From NCBI GenBank assembly GCA_964631155.1, contig CAZVYO010000011.1, forward strand, positions 7,591-71,590: 64,000 bases of DNA, read 5' to 3'. Both the position numbers and the translations under genes were made by a program. A model generated the notes under the pieces. That model had not been told where the DNA came from. It did not search any database and was given only the letters and a program-made list of their open reading frames with translations. This DNA comes from an uncultured Flavobacteriaceae bacterium. GTDB lineage: Bacteria; Bacteroidota; Bacteroidia; Flavobacteriales; Flavobacteriaceae. Of this stretch, positions 1 to 10,631 are shown piece after piece (the first letter of the stretch is position 1; each line of letters begins with the position of its first letter).

Positions 1-1
1 T

Positions 2-781
2 TATCTTTTCAAAAATCAAGCGCACAAAGTTATTTATGTAGGCAAAGCGATAAATCTGCGCAAAAGAGTACTTTCTCATTTTTACACTAAAAAGAGTAAA
101 TCCTATCTCATGTGTCAAGAAATTCATCACATCGAACACATTCCTACTGGCAATGAACTCGTGGCGCTTTTACAAGAAGCTGATTTGATCAGACATTATT
201 ATCCTAAATTCAATAACGCACAGAAAAAACCTCGTCGCGCCTATCAGATACTCCATTATAAAAATCAGCTGGGAATCATTCAGTTTGCCGTTGGGCTGGT
301 AAAATCTTACGACAGTAGCATTGTCACTCATTACAACAGGGCGCACGCCATCGAACAACTTGAGGAATTGTGTGCAGATTACAAGCTTTGTCCTAAATAT
401 TGCAGCCTGCAAGTTCAGGGAGACTGTTCCTCGCACTATAAAATCAAAAATTGTAAAGGGATCTGCAGAAAGGAGGAGATGATCAGCCTCTATAATATTA
501 GGGCAAATCAGGCGATAGAGGCTCTAAGAGCGACTAATCCGAATTACGTGATCAAACAACCTGGCCGGACTGAAGATGAAAATTGTTTCATCTTGGTTAA
601 AGATGGCGAGTATCAAGGATATGGATTTGTAGACCAAAATGTGGGAATTAGCAGTCTGGATGAATGTGAAGATTACATCGATCGCAAGACGGCCAATTAC
701 TACACTAATCAAATATTGAGATCTTATCTGGATAAACACGACAGGCAAGGACTGATTTGTGAAACTCTACAAGCTTCATAA
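2..781 (+). CDS. GIY-YIG (UvrC-like) domain protein, probably C-terminal part of an exonuclease/GIY-YIG fusion; 5' end lies before the window
   Basis: The frame is open from base 2 and reads YLFKNQAHKVIYVGKAINLRKRVLSHF (GIY-YIG motif), continuing into the tracked ORF 110..781 (ELVALLQEADLIRHYYPKFN, KLCPKYC). Confidence 0.75.
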   Translation, partial: YLFKNQAHKVIYVGKAINLRKRVLSHFYTKKSKSYLMCQEIHHIEHIPTGNELVALLQEADLIRHYYPKFNNAQKKPRRAYQILHYKNQLGIIQFAVGLVKSYDSSIVTHYNRAHAIEQLEELCADYKLCPKYCSLQVQGDCSSHYKIKNCKGICRKEEMISLYNIRANQAIEALRATNPNYVIKQPGRTEDENCFILVKDGEYQGYGFVDQNVGISSLDECEDYIDRKTANYYTNQILRSYLDKHDRQGLICETLQAS

Positions 782-1103
782 CAAAAAAGAAACAAGTGTA
801 GATTCAACCTTGATAATTGGTCTATAATTAACGATTTAGATGCAATTCAATAATACTTTATTAAGAAAAATTACTGTGCTAGCATATTAAATTTGTAGGA
901 AAAAGAGCGATGGACTTAATTATTTCCCCAAACGGTTATAGTGATTGGAAAAGAAAGGTTCTTGAAGATCATGATGATCATGAGGAAGAGGCGGTGACCA
1001 GCCCGCTTTCTCAATCTTGAATGCAGTTAAACCAACTGTAAGAAACAAAAATGTCAAGCAGATCGCTTGACATTTTTTTTTGCTGAGTTTCAACTAAAAC
1101 CTT

Positions 1104-1772
1104 TTAGTTCCTACCGCGTCTTCTGTTATTATTATTCCTATTATTTTTCTTACCGCTATTGCGACGAGTGTTATTGTTTCTTGATCTGTGAGTATTTGTA
1201 TTACGGTAAATCAAATCTTTTGATTCTAATAAATCCTCATCTTTGACCGCGAGATTGATCTTACCATCGCTCATTTCAAAAAGATGTTTGAAAATCACCG
1301 CATCGTCCACGGAATCCTTATTCCAGTTAAGGTAGGACTTCTTCATATGGTTTGCGATGATAAACGTAAGCGCCTCACGCTTCTCTCCTTTTTCCCAGCC
1401 GGTTGCCACATCAATCATCCCCTGAATATTGTTACCATAAAAGCGGTACCTAGGTCTCTTTTGTGGATAGGACATTCTATCTGGACGTGCGTTAATTACT
1501 TCAGGATCTGGCATGGGAAATGGTGAATCCACATCAAGATCAAAATCTGCAATGACAAATAATTGATCCCAGAGTTTGTGCTGAAAATCATCAATATCAC
1601 GTAAATGCGGATTTAAATTGCCCATAACACCCACAATCGCATGGGCCATGCGGTTGCGTTCTTCCTTTGTGGGAAGTTGCTTGCAATGCTCTACCAGTTT
1701 TTGAATATGCCTTCCATACTCAGGAATATTGAGGTGGTTGCGTTCTGTATTATATTCTAATGATGAAATCAA
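1104..1772 (-). CDS. DUF4290 domain protein
   Basis: LEYNTER...IPEYGRHIQKLV and DFQHKLWDQL are typical of this conserved Bacteroidota family; basic Asn/Arg-rich tail. Confidence 0.75.
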   Translation of the reverse strand: MISSLEYNTERNHLNIPEYGRHIQKLVEHCKQLPTKEERNRMAHAIVGVMGNLNPHLRDIDDFQHKLWDQLFVIADFDLDVDSPFPMPDPEVINARPDRMSYPQKRPRYRFYGNNIQGMIDVATGWEKGEKREALTFIIANHMKKSYLNWNKDSVDDAVIFKHLFEMSDGKINLAVKDEDLLESKDLIYRNTNTHRSRNNNTRRNSGKKNNRNNNNRRRGRN

Positions 1773-1818
1773 AACTTAAATGAGATTTTGTGGCAATGTA
1801 ATATTTAAAAGCGAGAAC

Positions 1819-2106
1819 TTACAGGGAAATGACACCTTCAATTCTACCTACTTCCTTATATTTTTCAATAACGGCGTTAGGATTCTTCATCTTTACCATA
1901 ATGGAAACGCTGGTGTAGGTTCCTTTACTACTTTCCTTAGTATTAATGACCGCCCCTAGATTATCAAATTTATCCTCAATCTGTTGGATCTTGCTTCTAG
2001 TAGAAGGAACTATGAACTTGAATAAATATTTAGTGGGCCACAAACTGGTATCTGCCAGTTGTTTTTTCAGCTTTTTGTAAAACTCGTCGGGATTAGGTAC
2101 TGCCAT
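1819..2106 (-). CDS. DUF493 (YbeD-like) family protein
   Basis: WPTKYLFKFIVP and SSKGTYTSVSI motifs; ATG at 2106 preferred to the longer ORF start at 2121. Confidence 0.8.
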   Translation of the reverse strand: MAVPNPDEFYKKLKKQLADTSLWPTKYLFKFIVPSTRSKIQQIEDKFDNLGAVINTKESSKGTYTSVSIMVKMKNPNAVIEKYKEVGRIEGVISL

Positions 2107-2174
2107 AATATTAGTTTGCAAATATAATTGAACAAAGTGGAGGATGCATTCACTATATTCTTTTAATTTGTGGT

Positions 2175-2708
2175 ATGAACAGTATTACCCGTGCAGTCTT
2201 AATAGGCGGACCTGGAACAGGAAAAACCAGTATTCTAAACGCATTAAAAGAAAGAGGTTACAATGTATTACCAGAAATAAGCAGGCAAGTCACCATAGAA
2301 GCTCAGAAGAAAGGAATAGGTCAGCTTTTTTTAACGGATCCTCACGCCTTCAGCGATAGATTGATGGAGGGGCGCATTAAACAATTTGAAGCACCTACAA
2401 ACGGGCTATACTTCTATGATCGCGGCATACCTGATATTCCAGCCTATCATCGCTTTACAGGAGACCCAATACCAGAAAGCTATATTCAAAAGAGCCAAAA
2501 TCTACGCTATGACTACTGTTTTTACTTTCCGGTTTGGGATGAGATTTATAAGCAAGACTCAGAACGTTATGAGAATCTGGATCAAGCCAAAAAAATCAGC
2601 AGTATCATCAAAAAGGAATATCAGACAGTAGACTATAATATTATAGATGTTCCCAAAACCAGCATCGAAGATCGCGTTGCTTTCATACTAAATCACCTCA
2701 ACCCATAG
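2175..2708 (+). CDS. AAA_28 / NadR-like P-loop ATPase
   Basis: Walker A GGPGTGKT, plus FYDRGIPD and Y..DSERYE motifs. Confidence 0.8.
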   Translation: MNSITRAVLIGGPGTGKTSILNALKERGYNVLPEISRQVTIEAQKKGIGQLFLTDPHAFSDRLMEGRIKQFEAPTNGLYFYDRGIPDIPAYHRFTGDPIPESYIQKSQNLRYDYCFYFPVWDEIYKQDSERYENLDQAKKISSIIKKEYQTVDYNIIDVPKTSIEDRVAFILNHLNP

Positions 2709-4585
2709 GTCAAGCTTTAAACATACTGAGAAAAGTATTTGGGCATAGTCAATTCAGGCCCCAGCAGGAAGAGATCATCACAACAGTTATGGAAGATCGT
2801 GATGTTCTCGCCATTCTACCCACGGGTGGCGGAAAATCGCTCTGCTACCAGATTCCAGCATTGTGTAAAGAGGGAATCTGCATTGTGGTTTCTCCTCTCA
2901 TCGCTTTGATCAACGATCAAGTAACCCAATTGCAAAAGCGCAACGTACGAGCTGTTGGGATCACTTCTGGAATTTCAAGACAAGACCTTGATACCGTACT
3001 GGATAACTGTATCTATGGCAACTATAAATTTTTATATCTAAGTCCGGAACGTCTGGAGCAGCCGCTAGTCCAAGAGCGCATTGCGCGCATGAAAGTGAAT
3101 CTGCTCGCGGTGGATGAAGCGCATTGTATAAGTGAGTGGGGACACGATTTTAGGCCGGCCTACCTCAAAATCAATGAGATTTTCAGCTTTATAAAGAAAG
3201 CGCCGGTTATCGCAGTTACAGCAACAGCAACTTCTAAGGTGCAGGTAGATATAACGGGAAATCTCAATTTCAAAAATCCTGTGGTCTTCACCACGTCTTT
3301 TGAGCGACCTCAACTAGAATATGATCTGCAAGATACTACCGACAAGAGAAGCGCCTTGATTGATTTTTATAATAAATCGCAAGGATCTTCCATTGCTTAT
3401 GTGCGCAGTCGGAAGAATACGGCAGAGTTCAGCCAGCTTTTATCTCATAACAACATCTCATCTGGTGCGTATCACGGTGGGTTAGATCCCAAGAAAAGAA
3501 AGGATCAAGTCACAAGGTGGTTAGAAAACCGTACCCGGGTAATGGTTGCTACAAATGCCTTCGGTATGGGAATCGATAAGGCCGATGTACGCAGCGTAGT
3601 TCACCTACAGCTACCAGACAGCATTGAAAGTTACTACCAGGAAACGGGCCGTGCCGGTCGGGATGGTAAAACAGGCATTGCGAAGTTTATCTATAACGAG
3701 AACGATGTGACCCATGCGCGCAATCAGTTCATCAGAGCACTACCTACGGTAGATATTCTCAAAAAAACATATCGGCACCTGAGCAATTATCTACGCATCG
3801 CTTACGGAGAGGGTCAGGAGCATCCTTATCAACTTCCATTTGCAGACTTTTGTCGCACCTATGACTTAAATGGGATCATTACCTACAATGCATTGACAGC
3901 GCTGGATCGTTTTAATGTGATATCGCTGGATCAGAGTTACGGTAATCGATCTGTGGTACGCTTTCGCGAAAGCGGAACAAAAATCATGGACTTTACCAGT
4001 CACGATCAGGTGGCACATGCTGTAGTGCAAGCGATTTTGAGAAGCTACGGAAGCAGCCGTGAACAGAATCTTCAAATCAATTCAAAACTGATTGCCGTAA
4101 GAAGTAACACGACAGAAAAACAGGTGACAGAGGTACTGAAGCAACTGCACCAGCGGGAGCTGATCTACGCTCGTATCACGGGAACCGATCTGACGCTTCA
4201 TTACCTACAGCCGCGGGAAGATGACCGTACGGTCAACCGTTTTGCCAGGGAATTAGAGCGGTACAATGATATTAAAATTCAAAAGCTCGAGGCGATGATC
4301 GCCCTATTGGATTATCATCAATGTGTGGAGCGAGGAATTTTATCCTATTTTGGTGAACAGCTTAAAAATGACTGTGGCAGGTGCACATTTTGCAGGAACA
4401 AAAAGCCTTCTGATATCAAAAAAGCGATCAAACTTTTGATTAGTCAAGGAGAAATCAGTCTGGATGAAGTCATTATCAGAATCCCTGCGCCAAAAACTGA
4501 AATACTTACAGCTCTGCGAAAACTTACTGACGATGGTATAATCCTTAATATTGCAGGCAAAGCTTTTAGAATCAATGAAGGATAA
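2705..4585 (+). CDS. recQ: RecQ-family ATP-dependent DNA helicase
   Basis: Motifs PTGGGKSLCYQ, VDEAHCISEWGHDFRPAY, ATNAFGMGIDK, YYQETGRAGRDG and Zn-binding C..C..C. Conserved N-terminal residues (FGHSQFRPQQEEII) lie upstream of the first ATG at 2789, so the start is placed tentatively at ATA 2705. Confidence 0.9.
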   Translation: MGQALNILRKVFGHSQFRPQQEEIITTVMEDRDVLAILPTGGGKSLCYQIPALCKEGICIVVSPLIALINDQVTQLQKRNVRAVGITSGISRQDLDTVLDNCIYGNYKFLYLSPERLEQPLVQERIARMKVNLLAVDEAHCISEWGHDFRPAYLKINEIFSFIKKAPVIAVTATATSKVQVDITGNLNFKNPVVFTTSFERPQLEYDLQDTTDKRSALIDFYNKSQGSSIAYVRSRKNTAEFSQLLSHNNISSGAYHGGLDPKKRKDQVTRWLENRTRVMVATNAFGMGIDKADVRSVVHLQLPDSIESYYQETGRAGRDGKTGIAKFIYNENDVTHARNQFIRALPTVDILKKTYRHLSNYLRIAYGEGQEHPYQLPFADFCRTYDLNGIITYNALTALDRFNVISLDQSYGNRSVVRFRESGTKIMDFTSHDQVAHAVVQAILRSYGSSREQNLQINSKLIAVRSNTTEKQVTEVLKQLHQRELIYARITGTDLTLHYLQPREDDRTVNRFARELERYNDIKIQKLEAMIALLDYHQCVERGILSYFGEQLKNDCGRCTFCRNKKPSDIKKAIKLLISQGEISLDEVIIRIPAPKTEILTALRKLTDDGIILNIAGKAFRINEG

Positions 4586-5531
4586 ATTGAAGATTGTATT
4601 TTTTGGCACACCAGAATTTGCCACTCATATATTAGACGGCATCGTGCAATCACATCACGAGGTTGTGGGAGTAGTTACCGTAGCAGATAAACCTGCTGGT
4701 CGTGGTAGAAAGCTACAGGAAAGTCACGTAAAGCAGTATGCCGTTGATGCTGGATTGAAAGTTTTACAGCCTAAAAATCTCAAAAAGGAGGATTTTACTG
4801 ATGAATTGAGAAGCCTAGGGGCCGATTTGTTTGTAATCGTAGCCTTTAGAATGTTGCCAAAAGCTGTATGGAACATGCCTGTACTGGGAACCTTCAACCT
4901 TCATGCGAGTCTATTACCACAGTATCGAGGGGCTGCACCCATCAACTGGGCAGTAATCAATCAAGAACTAAAGTCTGGTGTCACGACATTTTTTATAGAC
5001 GATAAGATCGACACGGGCGCCATGATCTTGCAAAATGAGTGTCCCCTAGAGCCAAAAGAAACAGCAGGCTCTCTTTATGAAAAACTCATGCAGTTGGGAC
5101 GTAAGCTCACTCTGGAAACCATTGATATTATCGCTGATGGAAATGTGGAGACCCAAATACAAACGGACCACGGTAATTTAAAAGATGCGCCTAAGTTGAC
5201 AGCCGAAAATATCAGAATCGATTTTGACAAATCTGCCCATGAAGTAGATGCTATGGTAAGAGGTCTTTTCCCTTTTCCTATTGCAAAAGCAATACTGTCA
5301 AATGAAGGCGAGAAGCTACAGATCAAAATCTTTGAGACTTCCATTGTTGATAAACCTCATAAAATGCAACCTGGAAGTATCGTTTTGAAAAATAAGGAAA
5401 TTATGGTGGCTTGCTCCCAAGGCTTTGTGGTACTAGAAAAGTTGCAGCTACCTAATAAAAAGGCCATGGATGCCAAAAGTTTATTGAACGGCTTCAGCTT
5501 TTCCGCTGATGCTAGATTTGATCAAGGATAG
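4575..5531 (+). CDS. fmt: Methionyl-tRNA formyltransferase
   Basis: IVFFGTPEFA, DKPAGRG, FNLHASLLPQYRGAAPINWA, DTG motifs. Confidence 0.95.
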   Translation: MKDKLKIVFFGTPEFATHILDGIVQSHHEVVGVVTVADKPAGRGRKLQESHVKQYAVDAGLKVLQPKNLKKEDFTDELRSLGADLFVIVAFRMLPKAVWNMPVLGTFNLHASLLPQYRGAAPINWAVINQELKSGVTTFFIDDKIDTGAMILQNECPLEPKETAGSLYEKLMQLGRKLTLETIDIIADGNVETQIQTDHGNLKDAPKLTAENIRIDFDKSAHEVDAMVRGLFPFPIAKAILSNEGEKLQIKIFETSIVDKPHKMQPGSIVLKNKEIMVACSQGFVVLEKLQLPNKKAMDAKSLLNGFSFSADARFDQG

Positions 5532-5684
5532 GCAGAAACTCCTAGTTTTTACGGTGAGTTATTAACAAAATGTTATATTTGTTAACATTAGTGGGAGAAA
5601 AGCTGTTGATTTCTTGTGCAGTATAAGAATCCGCATAAATTTGTTACCACGTTTTAGTTGAACTAATTAATTAACAATCTTATT

Positions 5685-5957
5685 ATGAACAAAACTGATT
5701 TAATTGAAGGAATGGCAGAGCATGCTGGCATTTCTAAATCTGCTGCCAAGAAAGCTCTAGAGTCATTTCTAGGTAATGTAGAAAAAAGCCTTAAAAATGG
5801 AGATCGTGTGTCTTTAGTAGGTTTTGGTTCTTTCTCAGTTTCTAAAAGAGCTGCTAGAGAAGGAAGAAACCCACAAACAGGTAAAACTATCAAGATCGCT
5901 GCTAAGAAAGTAGTAAAATTCAAAGCTGGTAGCGACCTTCAAAAAGCTGTCAACTAA
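5685..5957 (+). CDS. hup: HU family DNA-binding protein
   Basis: MNKTDLI...LVGFGSF...R.GRNPQTG signature. Confidence 0.97.
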   Translation: MNKTDLIEGMAEHAGISKSAAKKALESFLGNVEKSLKNGDRVSLVGFGSFSVSKRAAREGRNPQTGKTIKIAAKKVVKFKAGSDLQKAVN

Positions 5958-5979
5958 GCAATCAAAACAACTTTTGTTT

Positions 5980-6009
5980 AATCCTGCTCTTGCGAGCAGG
6001 ATTTTTTTT
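5980..6009 (+). terminator. Intrinsic terminator after hup
   Basis: AATCCTGCTC-TTGC-GAGCAGGATT hairpin followed by a T run. Confidence 0.85.
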
Positions 6010-6089
6010 GCTCAAGTCTTAAATATTCGTTAACGAAATTTGCGAGATTAGCCATTGTTTTCATTACATTTAGGTATAAAAGAGATCTT

Positions 6090-6650
6090 ATGGAAAAAAT
6101 TGCACCACATAAAGGAAAGCTACTGGTTTCTGAACCTAACATTATTGGAGACGATTCCTTTTCAAGATCTGTAGTCTTAGTAACTGAGTACAATCAGGAA
6201 GGTGTAGTGGGCTTCATTCTAAATAAAAGATTAGAGTACACCCTTGACCAATTGATTCCCGAAATTGATGCGCAATTAGATATCTATGCAGGAGGACCTG
6301 TAGATCGTGATAATCTCTATTTTTTACATAACATTCCTGAACTGATTCCAGGATCGCATCTCATAGAAGATAATATATATTGGGGTGGTGATTTTAAAAT
6401 TGTAAGTGATCTTATAAAGAACGACCAGATCACAGGTTCTGAAATACGATTCTTTCTAGGTTACTCGGGCTGGGAGATCCATCAATTGGAACATGAACTA
6501 GAGGGTAACTCATGGGTAGTATGTGAAAATACCTCCGCCAGTAAACTTTTGGCGCTAGACACTTATGATATCTGGAAAAATCACATGCGTGAATTGGGAG
6601 GTGAATACGAGTTATGGTCTAACGCTCCGGACAATCCTCAATACAACTGA
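6090..6650 (+). CDS. YqgE/AlgH family protein
   Basis: FSRSVVLV, GFILNK, GGPV, RFFLGYSGW...QLE.EL motifs. Confidence 0.9.
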   Translation: MEKIAPHKGKLLVSEPNIIGDDSFSRSVVLVTEYNQEGVVGFILNKRLEYTLDQLIPEIDAQLDIYAGGPVDRDNLYFLHNIPELIPGSHLIEDNIYWGGDFKIVSDLIKNDQITGSEIRFFLGYSGWEIHQLEHELEGNSWVVCENTSASKLLALDTYDIWKNHMRELGGEYELWSNAPDNPQYN

Positions 6651-6668
6651 GAAATTTAACTGAATTGC

Positions 6669-6708
6669 ATAAAAAAAGGTTTTTGAAAATTCAAAAACCT
6701 TTTTTTAT
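6669..6708. terminator. Bidirectional intrinsic terminator
   Basis: ATAAAAAAAGGTTTTTGAA-AA-TTCAAAAACCTTTTTTTAT perfect inverted repeat between convergent genes. Confidence 0.85.
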
Positions 6709-6743
6709 AACCAAGATCAATGTGATCTCAACGTCAATATTTC

Positions 6744-8123
6744 TTAGTTGAGAATATTAACTGCTTTTATATTTACAAATTCCTTGATTCCAAATCCTCC
6801 GTGTTCACGACCGTATCCGGAATCTTTGACTCCTCCAAAGGGCATATTAACTTGAGCTAATCCGAATGAGTTGATAAACACCATGCCCGTATCAAAATGA
6901 TCTTGAGCAAGCTTAATGGCTTTATCTTGATCCCTGGAAAAGATTCCTCCGCCTAATCCGAACTTACTGTCATTTGCAATACGCATTGCATCTTCCTCGT
7001 CTTTCGCATGAATCAAAGATGCCACAGGTCCAAACAACTCGTCGTCATAAGCTGGCTGACCCGGTTTGACATTGCTTAGAACGGTAGAGGGATAAAAGAA
7101 TCCATCACGGTTTTCAGGTTCACCACCGCAGAGTACTTCTGCTCCTTTGTTGACACTTTCTTTGACTTGGTCATGAAGTTTTTCCATGAGATCCTTACGA
7201 GCCATAGGACCCAATTTAGAATTTTCATCCTTTGGATCTCCTAGAGTGATGTTGCTCATACGTTCAACAAAAGCCTTCTTGAATTTTTCAAATACCTTAT
7301 CTACCACAATAAAGCGTTTAGCCGCTACACAAGTCTCTCCGTTATTGTAAATCCTACCATAGGCGCAAGTTTTTGCCGCCATTTCAATATCTGCATCTTC
7401 TAGGACAATATATGCGTCATTACTACCTAATTCAAGAACTGTTTTCTTGAGAGCCTTACCAGCTTGCTCGCCTATTTTTCTTCCTACATCTGCACTACCG
7501 GTAAAAGTTACACCTCGTACCAGATCGTGTTCTATAATTTTCTCGGAAATTTCATGACTTATTACCAGAGATTGGAATAAACCTTTAGGCAAACCTGCCT
7601 CCTCATAGATTTTTTGAAGCAACAAGGAGCATCCAGTAACATTTTCAGCATGTTTCAAAAGAACTGCGTTACCTGCCATCAAGTTTACGATAGAATATCT
7701 TACTACCTGATACGCTGGGAAATTCCAGGGTTGGATTCCATATATAATTCCAAGAGGTGAATAGGTTATGATACCTTTTCCTTCTCCATCTAGATCTCGT
7801 TCTTCATCTGATAAAGCGTCCACACCACTTTTTGCGGTATAATCGCAAATTCCTTTACAAAGATCAATCTCTTGTTTACCGTGCTTGAACAATTTACCCA
7901 TCTCATCAGTCATGAGTTGAGAAAATTCATCTTTGTATTCGTTCAGCTTTTCACCTATGTTCTTGATCACCTCTGCTCTTTCCTCAAGCGATTTTAATTT
8001 CCAAGATTCAAAGGCATTTTGAGATTGCTGGATTCTATCCATTGCTTGCTCCTCAGTCAAAAAATCATAAGATTTGAGCACTTTCCCATTCGCAGGGTTG
8101 ATAGTTGTGATTTTGTCTGCCAT
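6744..8123 (-). CDS. NAD(P)-dependent succinate-semialdehyde dehydrogenase / aldehyde dehydrogenase
   Basis: PWNFP, LLKHA, FTGS..VG, LELGSND, NNGETCVAAKR, ELFGPV, PFGGVKDSGYGRE motifs. Confidence 0.9.
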   Translation of the reverse strand: MADKITTINPANGKVLKSYDFLTEEQAMDRIQQSQNAFESWKLKSLEERAEVIKNIGEKLNEYKDEFSQLMTDEMGKLFKHGKQEIDLCKGICDYTAKSGVDALSDEERDLDGEGKGIITYSPLGIIYGIQPWNFPAYQVVRYSIVNLMAGNAVLLKHAENVTGCSLLLQKIYEEAGLPKGLFQSLVISHEISEKIIEHDLVRGVTFTGSADVGRKIGEQAGKALKKTVLELGSNDAYIVLEDADIEMAAKTCAYGRIYNNGETCVAAKRFIVVDKVFEKFKKAFVERMSNITLGDPKDENSKLGPMARKDLMEKLHDQVKESVNKGAEVLCGGEPENRDGFFYPSTVLSNVKPGQPAYDDELFGPVASLIHAKDEEDAMRIANDSKFGLGGGIFSRDQDKAIKLAQDHFDTGMVFINSFGLAQVNMPFGGVKDSGYGREHGGFGIKEFVNIKAVNILN

Positions 8124-8259
8124 GTTCTTTTTATTTAAAGATAACAAGATCGTTCTGAGCTTCTCCTTAATATTAGAACAACTGTGTCACATAGGTTTCT
8201 TAATAGTCTAGTATCGATCCAGTATCAATCTAGGAGCTCCCTAGTTTTAATCATTGAAC

Positions 8260-8286
8260 AAAAAAAGCCACCTAAGGGTGACTTTT
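8260..8286 (-). terminator. Intrinsic terminator after DPP III gene
   Basis: AAAAGCCACC-TAAG-GGTGACTTTT with an A run on +; the single mismatch is a G-U pair on the - strand. Confidence 0.65.
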
Positions 8287-8310
8287 AAATATCATAAACT
8301 GACTTAATAG

Positions 8311-10374
8311 CTAGTTTGTAGAACTGTTTTGTTTTACTGACATATTTGTGTCCATGGGATTCAAAAATCCAAAAGTTTCAGAATACATCAACATTTGTTC
8401 AGCAAAACTACCGGGTTGTTTAATTTCAAAACCGGTGATCTCACCATTTTCTTCAACTGGTACGATCAAAGGATTTACAAAACCACTATAAGCTGGAGCT
8501 TCAAATTTGCTCGCACGATCCTTCACTTCTTGATGAATATCTTGATCTACCTTAACTCCGTAGTCTTCTACAAGTGCTTTTGCGGCTTCAAAGTCACCCT
8601 CGCTAGTCATGCGTTGAGTCTCACGAAGCAGTTCACCAAATATTTCGCGCAAAGCCTCGTAATCTTTGATATCAAAATAAGTCTTGCCATCTTTAGTAAC
8701 CTTCTCAATGACTCCATTTTCCATTCCTCGCTCATAGGCCCAAGCGCTTACCCATTGGCGGTTTCTCATGTGAGCCTCTTCAACATTCTGACCTACCTCT
8801 AAACGAGTCAACTGTGTCATAAGACCATTTCTGATATAGCCATCGTACGCAGCCATACCGGTTTTTTGCCAATCTTCAACCAGACCCAGCTCCTCTAGTT
8901 TTGGATCCATCAGATAATAGAGACCGAAAAGGTCTGCTCTCCCCTCTTCTATGGTGCTTTTATAACTTCCCAATGTTTCTTTGGGAGTTCCTACGCCTGG
9001 ATTGATCTGCCCGCTGGCATGCCCTACCACTTCGTGAAGTGCCGTGTGCAACTTGTCTGCGAGCGCACCGTATTTCTTCTCCAGCTCGATTTCCTCCTCG
9101 TCATGAGCAAACTCTTCTAGTTTACCTGTACTCCCGGCACCATCATAAGCAGCAATTATATTTCCGAGAGAAACGGACTTACTACCATGCACGTTTCTGA
9201 TCCATACATTATTGGGAAGGTTCACACCTATGGGAGTTGCTGGACTGGCATCACCGGCCTCACCGGCAACATTTACCGTTTTATAGCTTACTCCTTTTAC
9301 AGAGTCTTTCTTATGCTCTTCCATAAGTGGAGAATGATCTTCAAACCATTGTGCATTCTTGCTTAAAACCTCCATTTTGCGGCTCATGTCAAAATCCTTG
9401 ATCTGAACGATGGATTCGTAGCTTCCTTTATAAGCAATGGGATCGTTGTACACCTCAATAAAACCGTTGATCCAGTCAACGGCACCGTCAGTACTATTAG
9501 TCCAGGCAATTGCATAATCATCCCAAGTATCTAGGTTTCCCGTTTTGTAATATTCTATCAGCAGTCCAAGAGCTTTTTCTTGTTGTTTGGTTTCAGCAAC
9601 TCCTTGTGCTTTCTCTAACCAATAGATGATGCGATCAATCGCAGCTCCATATTTACCGCCACTTTTATAAACTTCTTCAACCAGCTTACCATCTTTTTTC
9701 ACAAGACGCGAATTCAACCCTACTTCAATCGGTTCATTTTCATCTACTGAAATGCTGCCGTAAAATTCTTTAGCCTCTTTTGTAGTGACATCAGGACCGT
9801 ACAGGTTAACCGCACTTGCAAGAACTAAGTCCTTATCCTCATCTAGAACCACTTTTTTACTGTCCTGATCGTCATAAAGCAGGTCCAAAATCTTAGAATC
9901 CAGCTCCACACCAGCTTCTTCCATCATATTGGATAATTGCTCTTTAGGCACTTCTGGAATCATCTTATCCATACTGTAGTGGTGGTGGATCCCACTAGCA
10001 AACCATACCCTATTGAGGTAGGTTTCGAATTGTTGCCACGCTTCACTCTCTTTATCGCCCCTATAATTGGTATACAAATTTTCAAGTGCCTGACGGATCG
10101 CTAGATTATGTCTGTAATTCTGGTCCCAAGTGATGTCTCTACCGCTCAAGCCAGCCTGCGTCATGTAGTAAACCAGCTTTTGCTGTTTGAGGTTCAGTTC
10201 ATTCCAGCCTGGGATTTCATAACGTAGTACAGCAATGTCTGCAAACTCCGTAACTTTACCGCTGTTATTTTCTGTTTTGGCTTTGACTTCTGTGATGGGC
10301 TCATCCGTACTGTTGTTGCACGAGACCATTAAAGTAGCAGCTAGAATATAAGCTGCAATTTTCATGTTTTTCAT
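8311..10374 (-). CDS. Dipeptidyl-peptidase III (peptidase M49), lipoprotein
   Basis: Hexapeptide Zn motif HEVVGH, IEEGRAD, EEAHMRNRQ, lipoprotein signal LMVSC. Confidence 0.9.
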   Translation of the reverse strand: MKNMKIAAYILAATLMVSCNNSTDEPITEVKAKTENNSGKVTEFADIAVLRYEIPGWNELNLKQQKLVYYMTQAGLSGRDITWDQNYRHNLAIRQALENLYTNYRGDKESEAWQQFETYLNRVWFASGIHHHYSMDKMIPEVPKEQLSNMMEEAGVELDSKILDLLYDDQDSKKVVLDEDKDLVLASAVNLYGPDVTTKEAKEFYGSISVDENEPIEVGLNSRLVKKDGKLVEEVYKSGGKYGAAIDRIIYWLEKAQGVAETKQQEKALGLLIEYYKTGNLDTWDDYAIAWTNSTDGAVDWINGFIEVYNDPIAYKGSYESIVQIKDFDMSRKMEVLSKNAQWFEDHSPLMEEHKKDSVKGVSYKTVNVAGEAGDASPATPIGVNLPNNVWIRNVHGSKSVSLGNIIAAYDGAGSTGKLEEFAHDEEEIELEKKYGALADKLHTALHEVVGHASGQINPGVGTPKETLGSYKSTIEEGRADLFGLYYLMDPKLEELGLVEDWQKTGMAAYDGYIRNGLMTQLTRLEVGQNVEEAHMRNRQWVSAWAYERGMENGVIEKVTKDGKTYFDIKDYEALREIFGELLRETQRMTSEGDFEAAKALVEDYGVKVDQDIHQEVKDRASKFEAPAYSGFVNPLIVPVEENGEITGFEIKQPGSFAEQMLMYSETFGFLNPMDTNMSVKQNSSTN

Positions 10375-10631
10375 TGAGGTAGTTTTGTTTGTTTTTCCGG
10401 CGACACTTATCTATTTCTCCTCTCCACATTTGAGAGAGTAATGATTTTTGATGTTCCGCTTTCGCGAAAGCGTGCCAGAAAAATTTCTCTTAACAAAATC
10501 AAAAATAGGGAAACAATTCTTGAATCTATACACGACCATGCATGGGTTGACAAATGAAATTCGATAAATAGAATCATTCTGAATTCTCCATTTCATAGCC
10601 AGTTGCTAAAGAAATCTTTTATAATTGCAGC

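Noticed and set aside
3959-3974. Palindrome as parS or as a terminator
   Set aside because: It does not match the parS consensus register, has no U tract, and most copies lie inside ORFs.
5663-5923. Antisense ORF over hup, and the many other short overlapping ORFs in the track
   Set aside because: They are shadows of well-supported genes on the opposite strand or in another frame, with no motifs of their own.
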